Position numbers and translations under genes: made by a program
Notes under the pieces: generated by a model
Told to the model about the DNA's origin: nothing
Database searches by the model: none
What the model saw: only the letters and a program-made list of their open reading frames with translations
NCBI RefSeq assembly: GCF_036321535.1
Contig: NC_087437.1
Location: forward strand, 67,396,001-67,460,000
Direction: 5' to 3'
Length of the DNA: 64,000 nt
Source of the DNA: Camelus dromedarius
Taxonomy: Eukaryota
Part shown: in pieces, positions 25,284 to 37,530 of the stretch
Numbering within the stretch: the stretch's first letter is position 1
Layout of the letters: every line of letters begins with the position of its first letter

Positions 25284-26264
25284 GGTTGTCTTTCCTCCTC
25301 ACCTTTTGCTGTTTCAGGAAGAGAAAAGAGATTTAGCTGCTGCTTCCTGCTCAGGTGAAAAGATTCTGGTTTGTGTAGCTCCCAAGTATGTGATCAGGGC
25401 CATCAACTACCAGAAGGAACTAAGGTTATGAAAAATTGAGAGTGTATCTGGCAGAAGCACTTTCTCAGGCTAGTCTGTCTCTTTTACTTTCTCTCTCTCC
25501 CACACGCACACACATACAGCTGAATCTAAAGTTTATAGTGATCCACGTAAAGCAGGAAACAGCCGAGAGGAAAAAGAAGGCTTGATTCAAACAACCAGCT
25601 ATCATCAACCAGTTTGAAATATTAATAGCCATTGTTTGCTGTTGGTCTATGTATACATATTCCCCTGATAGTTCATTCTGCATTTATATTATTGGATGTC
25701 AGTTGACAATACCTGCGACTAGTTTGGGCTACTATTTTCATTATTTATTTATATATCATTTATTTGATTATTCATTCATTTATTCATTCACCTTTTGTGG
25801 GCAACACCCTATATTAATAACAATTGACAATCCAGTTGGGATTTTTTTAATCAGTTAGCCTTGTACATTTATACGTATATTTATTAGATTCAGACTCTCA
25901 CAACCAGCTTATCCCTTTCCTTATGAGAAAAAGCTAATGTTGACTTCTATTTCTCCTTCCTGAAACAACATTCCTTTCATAAAACAAGAAAATAATGAGT
26001 TAGTACAGCAGGCCCTTTTAAGGCTCTGTCTGCATAGATGAGTTGTGCCATTCAGTGGCTGATTACTAGGCAATCAGTTGTACTGCATAGTCAAGCCGAT
26101 TCATTTGGCTTGGCATCTAGAATAATCACTTGTTTGGTAATTCCTCTATTGTGCGGCAATCAACAAACATGGGTTGACCATCAGAATGTTCAGTCCAATA
26201 GACTTTATTGTCTCTTTTCCACACTGAGCTGTGACATTTGTGATTCCATTTGTGATTCAGAGCT

Positions 26265-26575
26265 TTTTTTAATCAACAACTACAAACTCATTTGAATATC
26301 TAGCTATGTACCGCATACGGTGTTGACTAGCGAGGACACAAAGACAAAGGAGGCAGCTGTTGTGGATAGACAACAGGCTTAGGAGTCAGAAATAAGCCTT
26401 CAAATCCCCTGAGCTCTCTGGGCAAGTCATTTAGCCTCTTTGAACTGCAGTTACTGGGCTACGGTGAGGGTTAACACCACAGCAGAACACTGCGCAGGGA
26501 CCAAGAGAAGCATTCAATAATAGCCATTGCCATTATTACAAATAAGACACAGCTTCCACTCTTGAACTCACATTA
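26265..26575. mobile_element. L2 3' end (minus) with an inserted MIR (about 26352-26540, plus)
   Basis: L2 tail ...gaggacacaaagacaaagg resumes as aaataagacacagc after the MIR (ggcttaggagtcaga...ctgggcaagtcatttagcctctttgaac). Confidence 0.6.
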
Positions 26576-27249
26576 CTCATTGTAATTATGCAAAATCATT
26601 AATTCTAGGTATAAGTATTATCATGTATTATCTTAATTTTAAAAATTAAATTTAAAAACCTGCTAAATTTAGCTTATTTAATCTATATTGAGCCACTGGG
26701 TAGCCACACTTCGTATCCAGACTTTTTCCTTGATATCTGAAGACAAATTATAAGTGCCATGCAGACCAAACTTGACCTTGCCACAGCTCTCTTCAGAACA
26801 TTATCTCACAATTGTTCCAAATGCTCTGGGACTGAGTCATCTAATGTAGCTTACAGGAAAACAAGCTGTGTGTTACTGTAGGCGACCTTAATGATGGGGA
26901 GTTATTTAAGAATCCGGTGTTCACCACTTCCAGTTGAAAGTGCATGAGCAAATTAGGAAGACGATATAATTATATATACCAAAATTAGGTTAACATAGAT
27001 GCTCTAATAGCTCAATGTGACCACAGACCAGGCCTTCGAGATCAGAGTGCTGCCCCTTTGTGTATACACACACAAAACCTCTCTCTCTCTCACACATCTA
27101 TGTGAGGTGTGCCTGACAAGCTTAACTTTATAGTAGATTTTATGTGTCTGTTGTAGAATAGTGATTATTTAGTTTCATAGTTGCTTTCCATCCTAGAAGG
27201 GAAAACCAGTTCCCTGAGGTCAGTGGCTCTTCCCATTAAGAAATATTTT

Positions 27250-27815
27250 GCAAAAAACCATTCTACAACTTAGTGGCTTATAATATCTGTTCTGCTCACA
27301 TGTCTCCAGTGTAGGCAGGGCTCAGCAAGGATAGCTTATTTCCTTTTCACTTGAAGTCAGTTGGGGCAGCTCAAAGGCTAGGTGCTGGAATCATCTAAAG
27401 CAGTGGTTCTCAACTAAAGGTGACTTTGCCTTCTCCCCAGGGACGTTTAGCAATATCTGGAATCAGTTTTGATTGTCACACTTTGAAGGAGGGGTGCTAC
27501 TGTCAGCTAGTGGGCAGAGACCAGGACCTCTCTGTATATTCACGTGGAGCTCTCTCATGTGGTCTCTCCACTCTCCATGTGGACTAGTTTGAGCATCCTC
27601 ATGGCACGGTGGCTGGCTTCCAGGATGGGGAGTGTCCTGACTGAGAGAGTAAGAAGGAAGCTGAACCCTTCCTTCTTACTAGCCTAGCCTCAGAGGGCAG
27701 ACATCATCTTTCCACTGTGCTCTATTGGATGCAGCCATCACAAAATCCAGCTCAAGTTCATGGGTGGGGACATGGGCCCCACCACTCCATGGGAATTGTG
27801 TCAGTAAATCATATT
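27250..27815 (-). mobile_element. MLT1F/G-type LTR with a truncated MER20 inserted at about 27401-27525
   Basis: MLT1: acttagtggctta...gcagggctcagcaagga...ctagcctcagag...ccaccactccatggga. MER20 head: cagtggttctcaact...tttgattgtcacact...tgctactgtcagctagtgggcagagaccagg. Confidence 0.75.
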
Positions 27816-28089
27816 GTAAAAAGAGCAGAAAGTGAAATTTGCCACAGGGACCATGTCTCATTCTTTGTATCTTAGCAGTCAATGTGAGGCAACAGATGCT
27901 CACTCTGTGCATTTTTGAGTTGTATTAAATTAAGTAAATTTGATATATGAAATATATGATCAACAATGAGGAGATTTGGCATAATACATAGCAATTTTCC
28001 ACAGAGTACCTTTAAATAGTGACTTGTTCCACGTCATTATAAAGTATGATTTAATTATGAAAACTCCAATGGCATATATCTTCATCTGG

Positions 28090-28280
28090 TTGTTCAGTAA
28101 TTCAGTATTTATTGAGCACATACTGTAGGCAAGAGTGTGCAGGGTGCTATAATACAAAGATGGGTCAGACATAGGATTGCCTTCAAGTCACTCACAGTCT
28201 AGTGGGGAAGGTAAACAACATATATCAATCACTCTCATGCAGGCCAGAGCTCATGAGAGGCACAGGTAGTATGCTCAGGT
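28090..28280 (-). mobile_element. L2 3' end
   Basis: ttcagtatttattgagcacatactgtaggcaag...ccttcaagtcactcacagtctagtgggga. Confidence 0.75.
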
Positions 28281-29061
28281 GCTATATGAAAACATGCAGC
28301 TTTTCAGAAATAGAATGTGTAGACTTTATTAGGGATGCTCACTTTAATGAACACTAAATCTCTTTACTTCCTCACTCCACACTTCTATAATTGCAAGGGG
28401 AAATCGGCAGAATTTCATCCAATTTTATAATATTCAGTCGAAGCAGTCACCTAAAACATGACTGAGGGCCATCTGCTGTTTAGCTGTTAAGTCTGTCTGT
28501 CTTGGTCGGAGTCATTTATTGCTATGGGAAGGCATATCTCTTCACAAGGATATGGTGAATCATCTTACTGCAATTCTAAGACATTCCAATCTGAGCAATG
28601 GAGAAAAGTAGAAAGATTACAGACATCCATATTGTCCTAGGAGAAAAGAAAACACCTGCTTAATAACTCAGTAGCAGTGTGGTATATCTACCTTGTGAAA
28701 TATTGAGGATCTTCAGCGATGTTTCTGGAAGTCTGTGAGCATTGGTGCCTCTCTGACTTAGCATTCCAAAAGCAAGAACTGGGGGCTCATACCAAACCCA
28801 CTACTTCTTGGCTCTCAGACCATATAAATTTGTTAATCTAGTTTATCCCATCTGAAACATTAATATGCTTAAAATACCATTGTGAAATACATGTGGTATT
28901 TGAAAGAATAATTAATGGTATTTTAAAAATTGCTTATGACATTTTATAAAATTGTACATCTATAATTGAGAGAGAAAAAAAGTCTAGTGACAAGAAAACC
29001 AATTAAGAAGCTGTAGTATCATCAAGGAAAGACATAGTAACCAGCAATAGCAGAAGGAGTC

Positions 29062-29275
29062 ATAATAGCTAATATTTATTGAGTATTTGTCATGTGATTG
29101 GGACTGTATATGGCTTCATAAGAGTGTCTGTGTTAATACACAGAACAATCATTTGAGATAGTTACTATTATTTCCCCCATTTTACAGATGAGAAAACTGA
29201 GGCTTAGTATGTAGTAATCAGTAGAACTAGAATTTAAGTCTACCTGAGCCCATTTTTGCAGTACATCATTTAAGC
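29062..29275 (-). mobile_element. MIR SINE inserted in L2
   Basis: aatagctaatatttattgagta...ccccattttacagatgagaaaactgaggctt. Confidence 0.85.
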
Positions 29276-29289
29276 CATTTTGCGCATTG

Positions 29290-29700
29290 TACCTTACATA
29301 AGGGAGGACGTGGTTAGGATCAAAGGGGAAGAATCTAGATGATTCAGTTAATATGATCGGACTTAGAGGGAAAGGAGGAGTGAGGCATCTAGGCCAACAC
29401 CAGATCATAGCTTGAGTTTGGTGAACTGGAAAGTACAGTTCTCTTAGAGTGAAAACTCAAAACCACTGGAATTGGTTGAGTGACAAGTTCAGTTCTGAGC
29501 TTGCTGAAAAAAAAAAAAGAGAGAGAGAGAGAGAGAGGGATATCCACATGGAGAGGTCCAGTAGGCAGTTGTATATATGGTTTGAAGTTCAGGAAGAGGC
29601 CACAATAGGAGCTATATATTTGAATATCATCAGCCTACATATGGAACATTGAGAATGAGGAAGAATGTCCAGGAAGAATATGAAGCTAGGGAAATAAGGA
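29290..29700 (-). mobile_element. L2 fragment containing an A-run/(GA)n microsatellite (about 29507-29537)
   Basis: gatatccacatggagaggtccagtaggcagttgtatatatgg...ttgaatatcatcagc. Confidence 0.7.
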
Positions 29701-30254
29701 GACATTACAAAACACAGTTAATAGAATTTGCTTTACTGGGTAGCGGAGTTGTCAAAAGAAGTTTCGGTTGCTGGCCAAAAGTTGCTCCTAATCTAGATGT
29801 GGAGACATAGCAAGGCTATGTGGAACAGCTTGAGAATGGTTACCAGAGAGACTGCAAAGGAGGATAACACACCTTTCAGGATTAGAAAAGAAAGAATAGA
29901 ATGGAATAGGATTTATTTCAGAGGACTTCCTGGAGCTCAGATCTGAGCTGAGTTCCCATGAGCAGACAAGAGTGGGCAGGATAAGCGGGGGACTTAGTGA
30001 GGCTTGTGGTGGGGGTCAGGGAAACCTCTCTCCCTGCCCCTGCCCTCCACCTTTCCTGCAGGGAAGAGACACTGACATCTATCTCACTTACAGCTCATGC
30101 TGTAAGGCTATTGTCTTTAAATCTGGTGCAGGAGACTGGATGTCTGTATGATGTGCGGGGGGAGAAGATGGGTATAAGATAGAGCGAAGACAAGCTGGAA
30201 CCCACCCGCTCATGGTTCTCCCTGCCTCTGACCTTGATGGTGTGATTGTCCACG

Positions 30255-30500
30255 AGAGCAGCTGGGGTCTCTCATCATGCAGCTGTCTGGCCCATCTGGC
30301 CCAGGAGTTAGAGAAGGTGAGGAGGATTCAGGGGGAGGAGGAGCAGTTGCAGCCCCAGCTGCTGCCCACACCCAGAAAGTCAATCAGCTGGTGAGTGACA
30401 ACATGTGTGAGCTACAGGATGGCGGCTACTTCACATCCACCCTCCAGATCTCGCACCGAGTCTCCAGTGGCCCAGCCTAACGAGAAACCTCCAGGTAAGG
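30255..30500 (+). other. Candidate exon/promoter with E-box cluster and two splice donors
   Basis: CAGCTG at 30259, 30280, 30356 and 30385. Donors CTG|GTGAGT (30390/1) and CAG|GTAAGG (30494/5). ATG at 30419 in good Kozak context (aggATGg), open to the second donor: MAATSHPPSRSRTESPVAQPNEKPP + 1 nt. No homology recognised. Confidence 0.4.
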
Positions 30501-30627
30501 ACATTCTGTGAAATGTAGTTCATTCTACCCGAGCTGATTCATTGCAAGGCCCCTACACCATGTGTGAGGGTGACCAGGTGAGAATGAACAAGCGAGGTGT
30601 GAAACGAGCCAGCAGGTCAGTTTAGCT

Positions 30628-30802
30628 CAGTGCTTGAAGTTTGCCTCTCATACTTTCCCATGTATTAGAAACACCTGGACGACTTGATAAAACCCAGAGT
30701 TTCTGATTCTGAGGTCTGGGGTGGGGCCCCAAAATGGCATTTCGAATTCTTAAGAGATGCTGACATGGCTGGTCCAGGGACCACACTTTGAGAACCCCTG
30801 GT
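30628..30802. mobile_element. MER5A
   Basis: ccagagtttctgattctgaggtctggggtggggccc...gctggtccagggaccacactttgagaacccctg. Confidence 0.85.
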
Positions 30803-31259
30803 TTAGCTGAAACTCAGAGGCCTCATGAAGCTTTAGTGAGAAACAGAAGTGAAAAAGAAAACATAGCAAAGGAATAGTTAAGAAAGTATATTGAACAGTG
30901 AACAACTGTTGGGTGATATCCAGCATGACAGGACATCATTATGTGACTGAACAGGAGGTTGACTGGCAACGACGGTGATTCCCGCAGGATGTGTGCTTGC
31001 TGTGTGGGAGGCACCGCTTCAAGGGGAGCTTGGAAGTGAGGAAATACATTGCAAGATAGTTTTATAATAGTTTAGTGATACAGGATGGGGAGGGAAGTGA
31101 CTGTGGAAACAGAAGGAAGGGATACCAGAGTGGAAAACTACTTTGGATATAGCTTCAGATTCCCTACTTCCTCAGTCCACCCACAATATGGTCTTATGTC
31201 TCTTCTCTTTATGTCATCAGAGTCCACTTAGAGGGACTTCAGCATTTAATTTTTGTCTT

Positions 31260-31452
31260 TTATAACTTTTTTTGCTGAGTGTATTATCAATACTTGTGCA
31301 TTGTAGAAAATTTAGAAATCAGGAAAATATAAAGAATAAAATAAAATTTGCCTTTCAGGCCAGATATAATCACTGTCAAATTTGGGGTATACTCTCTCTT
31401 CTATTATCTTCTGAGTATATGTGTGTTTATATATTTTATTTTGCTTAAAATT
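31260..31452 (-). mobile_element. L1ME 3' fragment
   Basis: cattgtagaaaatttagaaa...cagatataatcactgtcaaatttggggtata. Confidence 0.65.
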
Positions 31453-31829
31453 GGCAAACTTTACCCTTGATCACATATGATTTGATCTCACCTGGGCAGT
31501 TAACTGGGGGGCACGTTATTGGTGTGCCAGCCCTCGCTGTTTCTGTCATTTTCATCTCCCTGAATGATCACCATCTTGCCTATTCATACAATTCACTGCT
31601 GGTGACATAATTGTCTGGGGCTGTCTGCAGCTTGTTAATAGCTTCAGATTGATGTTTTCTCAGACATCAAGTGCGTGGGGACAAGAGTGATAGACCAGGT
31701 CAGGTGGCAAAGTGTGGGTCTGGGAGCCAGTGTAACCAGGCCCCAGGCTTATACATGTTATCTCATCTGGTTGGTCTGTACAGAATCCCTACAAAATAGA
31801 AATAATAGTAAGAGTAACAGTAATAGAGT

Positions 31830-32100
31830 AACAACGGGAACAATTAACGTTTATTGAATGCTTACTGTGTGCTAAGGTTTTTACATAAGTTATCTCATTT
31901 AATTTTTAAAACATTGAGGTGAGAAAGATTCTGTTACTTTATCCATTTTGCAGATTTTGCAGACATTTTGGCTTGGGGAAGTTAAGAACTTGGTGAAAAA
32001 GAGATTGATACCTATAAACTAAGTGACTTGTCGAAGATCAAACATGCTGTACGTGATGGAGCCTAGCTTAGAATCCAGGTCTTGAGATTCTCAGTATTCC
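31830..32100 (-). mobile_element. MIR SINE(s)
   Basis: aacgtttattgaatgcttactgtgtgc...tatctcatttaat...taagtgacttgtcgaagatca...tagaatccaggtct. Confidence 0.75.
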
Positions 32101-32107
32101 TTTTTCT

Positions 32108-32197
32108 GGGGGGTAGGATATAGCTCAGTGGTAGAGCATATGCTTAACATGCACAGAGTCCTGGGTTCAATCCCAAGTACCTCCATTAAAAAAAAAA
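32108..32197 (+). mobile_element. tRNA-Ala-derived SINE (camelid Vic-1-like), with Pol III A and B boxes
   Basis: gggtaggatatagctcagtggtagagcatatgcttaacatgcacagagtcctgggttcaatcccaagtacctcca plus an A-tail. Box A TAGCTCAGTGG 32121-32131, box B GGTTCAATCCC 32164-32174. Colinear with tRNA-Ala(AGC), but the anticodon is mutated. Confidence 0.85.
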
Positions 32198-33287
32198 TTA
32201 CTCTTTCTGCTTTATTCCATTGCTCTCCTGAACAAATTTCTCAATTCTTTCTGATGCTGACCACAGCTTAGAAACTCTGTCTTTCCTGTGTGTGTTCCTG
32301 ATTTTGGATTTACAATCTCTTCTGATCTCACTGTCTGCTGGTAGTGTCTGTATCAACTCAGATTCAAATGTCTGCACTTCTGACCCCTTCAGTCTGGTAA
32401 CCTGACCCCTGAGTGTGGCTTAACTCAGACTAAGCCCTCCCTGGGGCATCAGCAGGGAGGCCCCAAACCTCTTCACCTGACATTGCTGAGCTAATGAGAA
32501 CATTGAAGGGCGGTGATAACTTATTCTGAAGCCACTGCCTAAGTGCTCAGCGGGATGTAACAAGAGCTGTTTACTTCTGTTCACTGGCTCAGCAGCCACC
32601 CAGTGCCATCTGTCTTCTCCACACTCTGGCTCCTTCTTCCTCTCGCTGCCCTCCCTCCACCAGGCCCCCTTCCTTTCCTGTGAAGCACAGTGCTGGGTCC
32701 CTTTCCCCTCTGCATGAGGCACAGAGGACACGAAGAACCTCCATCCCCATGTGGTCCATGGTCTGTTCTCTGTATGTAGCAATGAGCTATTTTTACATCT
32801 GTTTCCCAGACAAAATATAATGTGAAGGCAGGAGGTAGGTTTTCAAAACAAATAGCTTGCCTTCACTTATTTTTATATAAAAACAGATTTAGGATGTAAT
32901 GGTGAAAACCTGACATTTCTAGCTTGAGCTCTCTTTATCAGGAACCTCTGCTTTTCAACTTTTAAATCTGCCGAATAATGCATGTTCTTTCCCTAAATCA
33001 TGCATTCAAGGCAAAATTTATTTTACTTTGTATTTTTGCTTTGCTTTGTTTGTTTTTGGTTCATGTTCTCTAATTATTACTCATTTGTAGAGCTTTCCTT
33101 GGATCAAAGTTTAGCTTATTTTCTTGTAAGTGACCCAGAAATGTGAATTAGCTCAATAAACTGGACACAAAGCACATGTATATCCTTCAGAGTGGCACAA
33201 TCACTTAGTAACGTCTCAAACTAAATAGAGAATTTTGTTCCTGATAAGATGTCTTCATGTCAAGGCACATTTTTATTTTATTTATTT

Positions 33288-33480
33288 GTATATATGTGTA
33301 TATATATGTGTGTGTGTGTGTGTGTGTGCATGTGTATATACACACTAAATGTAATATGTGTAATGCAATATCTATAATATATTGTATGTAATGTACATAT
33401 AGAATTATATATAATTACATATAACATTATATATATATAACTATGTATGCTACATATAACTATATGCATACACGTATGTA
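33288..33480. repeat. (TG)11 microsatellite within a (TA)-rich low-complexity tract
   Basis: TG run at 33307-33328, flanked by degenerate TA repeats. Confidence 0.9.
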
Positions 33481-34394
33481 AAATACCAAGAGGAGAAGCC
33501 ATTCATTTTAGCAATGAGCAGATATAGAGAGGTTTCACAACAGGGATGGGGGCAAACACCTGATGGTAGGCATTGAAAAGATGAAAGGGTGGTGAGGAAA
33601 TAGAAAATAGCCAGTGGGTATGGAACATTTATTTGAGCTGAGCAATGTGAGAGAGGGGGAAGGGAGAGAGAGATGGAGAGACCCTGAAGTCCACATTCCT
33701 TCATTTGTCATTGGAGGTTCTTCATGTCCTAATCTCATTGTGCCTTTTTGACACCCTCACCTGCTTTTCTATGTGAATTCTCTGCTTAGCTTGACTCCCA
33801 GTCCTCGTAGTTTTGTGCATGTCAGTCCCCTTCTCTAGAGTGCCCCCCACTTTGATAAATCTAAAATCTGCTCTCCTTTAAACCTCTGTCTCTTCAACGT
33901 CAATTTCTTGGCTCTTGTGATCCTTAACGACTTCTCTCTCTCATGATTCAATACTACTCATTTTGTACTTATATTTTATCTTTGTGATGAGTGGACGGAA
34001 AAGTTATATTCTGAATTATTTGTAGCATGGGTGAGAAAATAAGCACAGACATATTTGGAACCCTCCCCAGAAACAGTCCATTTTATGTTATGATTTGGAA
34101 ATAATTTACAAATTGTTTAAGATTGTTAACCCTAAAGCATAACTAATTTAAAATAGGGAGAATTCTTGAAAAATGGAAGTCATGTAGTAATGTTCACTTG
34201 ACAAGAGCATTTAATAACTGATAATGAATACTGGGAAAAATGAGTTGGGAACAAAAAACTTGGTAGTCTATCTTCTGGGCAGTTTAGACCCTAATCCTTT
34301 ATTCCTTAAACAAAATTTTCTCTTTGTATAGAATAATACATGGCCTTAAGTAAGAGGACCACAGTGATCATGTAAGACCCTACAAATAAATATT

Positions 34395-34838
34395 TTAAAT
34401 TGAAGTATAGCTGATTTATAATATTAGCTTAAGGTGTACAATGTAGTGACTTAATATTTTTCTAGATTATACTCCATTTAAAGTTGTTACAAACCAATGG
34501 CTATATTTCCTTGCACTGTACAATGCATCCTTGTTACTTATCTATTTTATATATACTAGTTTGTATCTATTAATCTGTTATTCTTATCTTGTCCCTTCCC
34601 CCTTCCCTCTCCCCACTTGTAATCACTAGTTTGTCCTCTATTTCTGTTTCTGTTTCGTTAGATACATTCATTTGTTTTATTTTTTAAACTCCACATATAA
34701 GCAATAATGTAGAGTATTTGTCTTTTTCTGACTGACTTATTTCAGTAACCGTAATACTCTCTAGGTTCATGCATGTTGCTGCACATGGCAGAACTTCATT
34801 CTTTCGATGGCTGAATAATATTCCATTATATATCTCTA

Positions 34839-34883
<45 letters not shown>

Positions 34884-36784
34884 CTCTATCTCTCTATCTC
34901 TCTATCTATCATCTATCCAAATATACCATATCTTCTTTATCCATTCATCTGTTGATTAACACTTTTGTTTCTTCCATATCTTGGCTGTCCTAAATAGTGC
35001 TGCTATGAACATTGGGGTGTGTATATCTTTTTGAATTAGTGTTTTTGTTTTCTTCAGATGTATACCCAGGAGTTAGAATAGCTGGATAATATGGGAGTTC
35101 TATTTTTAGTTTTTTGAGGAATCTCTGTATTCCATTGTGACTCTGCCAATTTATATTCTCACTAACAGTATACAAAGTTTCCCATTTCTCTCCATCTTCA
35201 CAAACATTTGTTATTTGTAGTCTTTTTGATGATAGCCATGCTAACAGGTATGAGGTGATATCTCATTGTTATTTTGATTTGCATTTCTCTAATTAGCGAT
35301 GTTGAGCATCTTTACACGTGCCTGTTAGCCATCTGTATATTTTCTTTGGAAAAATGTCTACTCAGGTCTTCTACGCATTTTTTTAATCTGATTGTTTCTT
35401 TTCTTCGATATCGAATTGAATGAGCTACTTACATATTTTGGATATTATCAGTCATATGATTTGCAAATATTTTCTCCTATTCAGTAGGTTGTTTTTTTGT
35501 TTTGTCAGTGGTTTCTTTTGCTATGCAAAAGTTTTTAAGTTTAATTAACTCCCATTTGTTCATCTTTGCTTTTATTTCTTTTGCCTAATGAGACAGATCC
35601 AAAAATATATTGCTATAATTAATGTCAAATAGTGTTCTACCTATGTTCTCTTCTAGGAGTTTTATGGCTTCAGGTCTTCCATTTAGGTCTTTAATCCATT
35701 TGAGTTTATTTTGTAATAATGTGAGGAAATGTTCTAATTTCAGTCTTTTACATGTGGCTGTCCAGTTTTCCCAGTGACACTTATTGAAGAGACTGTCTAT
35801 TCTGCATGGTACATTCTTGCCTCTTCTGTAGTAGGTTAATTGACCATAGGTGCATGGGTTTATTTTTGGGCTCTCTGATCTGTTCCATTAATCTATGTCT
35901 GTTTTTGTGCCAGTGTCATGCCGTTTTAACTACTGTAGCTTTGTAGTATAGTCTGAAGTTAGAGCGCATGGTATCTCCAGCTTTGTTCTTTTTTTGCAGG
36001 ATTTCTTTGGCAATTTGTGTTCTTTTATGGTTCTATGTAAATTTTAGGATTATTTATTCTAGTTCTGTGAAAAATGTCCTGAGTATTTTGATAGAGATTG
36101 CATTAAATCTGTAGATTGCTTTGGGTAGTATGGCCATTTTAACAGTATTAATTCTTCTAGTCCAAGAACATGGGATATCTTTCCATTCCTTTATATCATT
36201 TTCAAATTCCTTCATCAATATTGTACAGTTTTCAGCTTACAGGTCTTTCACCTCCTTGGTTAAGTTTATTCCTAGGCATTTTATTATTTTTGTATGATTT
36301 TAATCAGAATTGTTTTCTTGCTTTCTCTTTCTGATAATTTATTATTAATGTATAGAAAAGCAGCAGGTTTATGTATATTAATTCTGTATCCTACAACTTT
36401 ACTAAATTTATTTATTACTTCTAATACTTTTTTGGTGGAAGTCTTAGGATTTTCTATATATAGGATCATGTTCATCTGCAAACAGTGACAGTTTTACTTC
36501 TTACCTTCCAATCCGAATGCCTTTTATTTCTTTTCTTCACTGATTGCTGCGGCTAGGACTTCCAATACTATGTTAAATAGAAGTGATGTGAGTGGGCATC
36601 CTTTTGTCTTCTTTCTACTTTTAGAGAAAAGGATTTCAGCCTTTCACTGTTGAGTATGGTGTTAGCTGTGGGTTTGTCATAAATGGCCCTTATTATGTTG
36701 AGATGTGTTACCTCTGTACCCACTTTGGTGAGAGTTTTTATCATGAATGGATGATGAATTTTGTCAAATGCTTTTTCTTCATCA
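34395..36784 (-). mobile_element. 5'-truncated L1 (about 2.4 kb, cetartiodactyl/L1MA-type), ORF2 RT region to 3' end
   Basis: 3' terminus aattgaagtatagctgatttataatatt. ORFs 34990-35175(-) FLKKLKIELPYYPAI and 36284-36481(-) MILYIENPK...[16 protein letters not shown] are ORF2. Confidence 0.95.
34832..34917. repeat. (TCTA)n/(TATC)n tetranucleotide microsatellite inside the L1 3'UTR
   Basis: tctatctatctatctatc..., about 10 perfect units plus degenerate ones. Confidence 0.95.
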
Positions 36785-37034
36785 GAGCATTTATATACAT
36801 ATATTTTTACAATGTTTTAGTCTGAGGAATTGCCTAAAGTACCATAATTCCTGGACAAGACCTGAGACAAGAAAATTGTCTTCAATAGTCAAGAAATACT
36901 ATCATAATACTAATAATGGTGACAAATATTCAATTCTTATTTTTCAGGCCTTGTATTTACATGCATTTTCTCACTTAATCTTCAAATCTCTGAGCTACAT
37001 ATGTACTACTATTATTCTCATTTTATAGAACTTC

Positions 37035-37530
37035 TCAGCATTAGGTCAGAATAGGTTTGAATGCAAATATGAGAAAACCTTAAAATAACAGTTAAGTAGT
37101 TAGCAGCATGTTTCTCTATCATGTAAATGTGCAGAGATGTTCACCAAGGGTTTGGATGGCATTTTGTGACTCTGCTCTAAGTCTTCAGACACCAAGACTT
37201 CTACTGGTTTCCCACTGGATGTGACCGTCAGCCTCGTTATTCAGGGTGAGATCCATGTTTTAGGTAATAGAATTGAGGGAAGGATGAATACAAGGGGAGA
37301 AAAAGTATATTAACTCCTTTTCAGGAAAGTTCTCAGAAATTGCTCATAGGACACTTTCACTTAAACTGGACAGAATTACTCATATGGGATATGTAAGGAA
37401 TCAGCTACAAGGCAGCCTAGGGAATGTAGTCTATATTCTGGGTGGCAATGTGCCCAGCCAAAAATTCTGTTCTTGTACAGAACGGTGGGAATGGGTACTG
37501 GAGCATGAGCAGGCATTCTTGCCAAAAACA
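37035..37530 (-). mobile_element. Old MLT1 LTR inserted in a MIR (MIR pieces about 36915-37030 and 37530-37580)
   Basis: ttaggtcagaataggtttgaatgc...cagctacaaggcagcctagggaatgtagtcta...ggcaatgtgcccagc. Confidence 0.7.

Noticed and set aside
24751..25431. Longest ORF (226 aa, +)
   Set aside because: It runs through a MER20-like DNA transposon remnant (about 25085-25283), has no recognisable domain and has a non-coding-like composition. Likely a chance ORF.
32108..32185. Possible tRNA gene
   Set aside because: It has a 5' extension, mismatched stems, an altered anticodon loop and an A-tail, which indicates a SINE copy.
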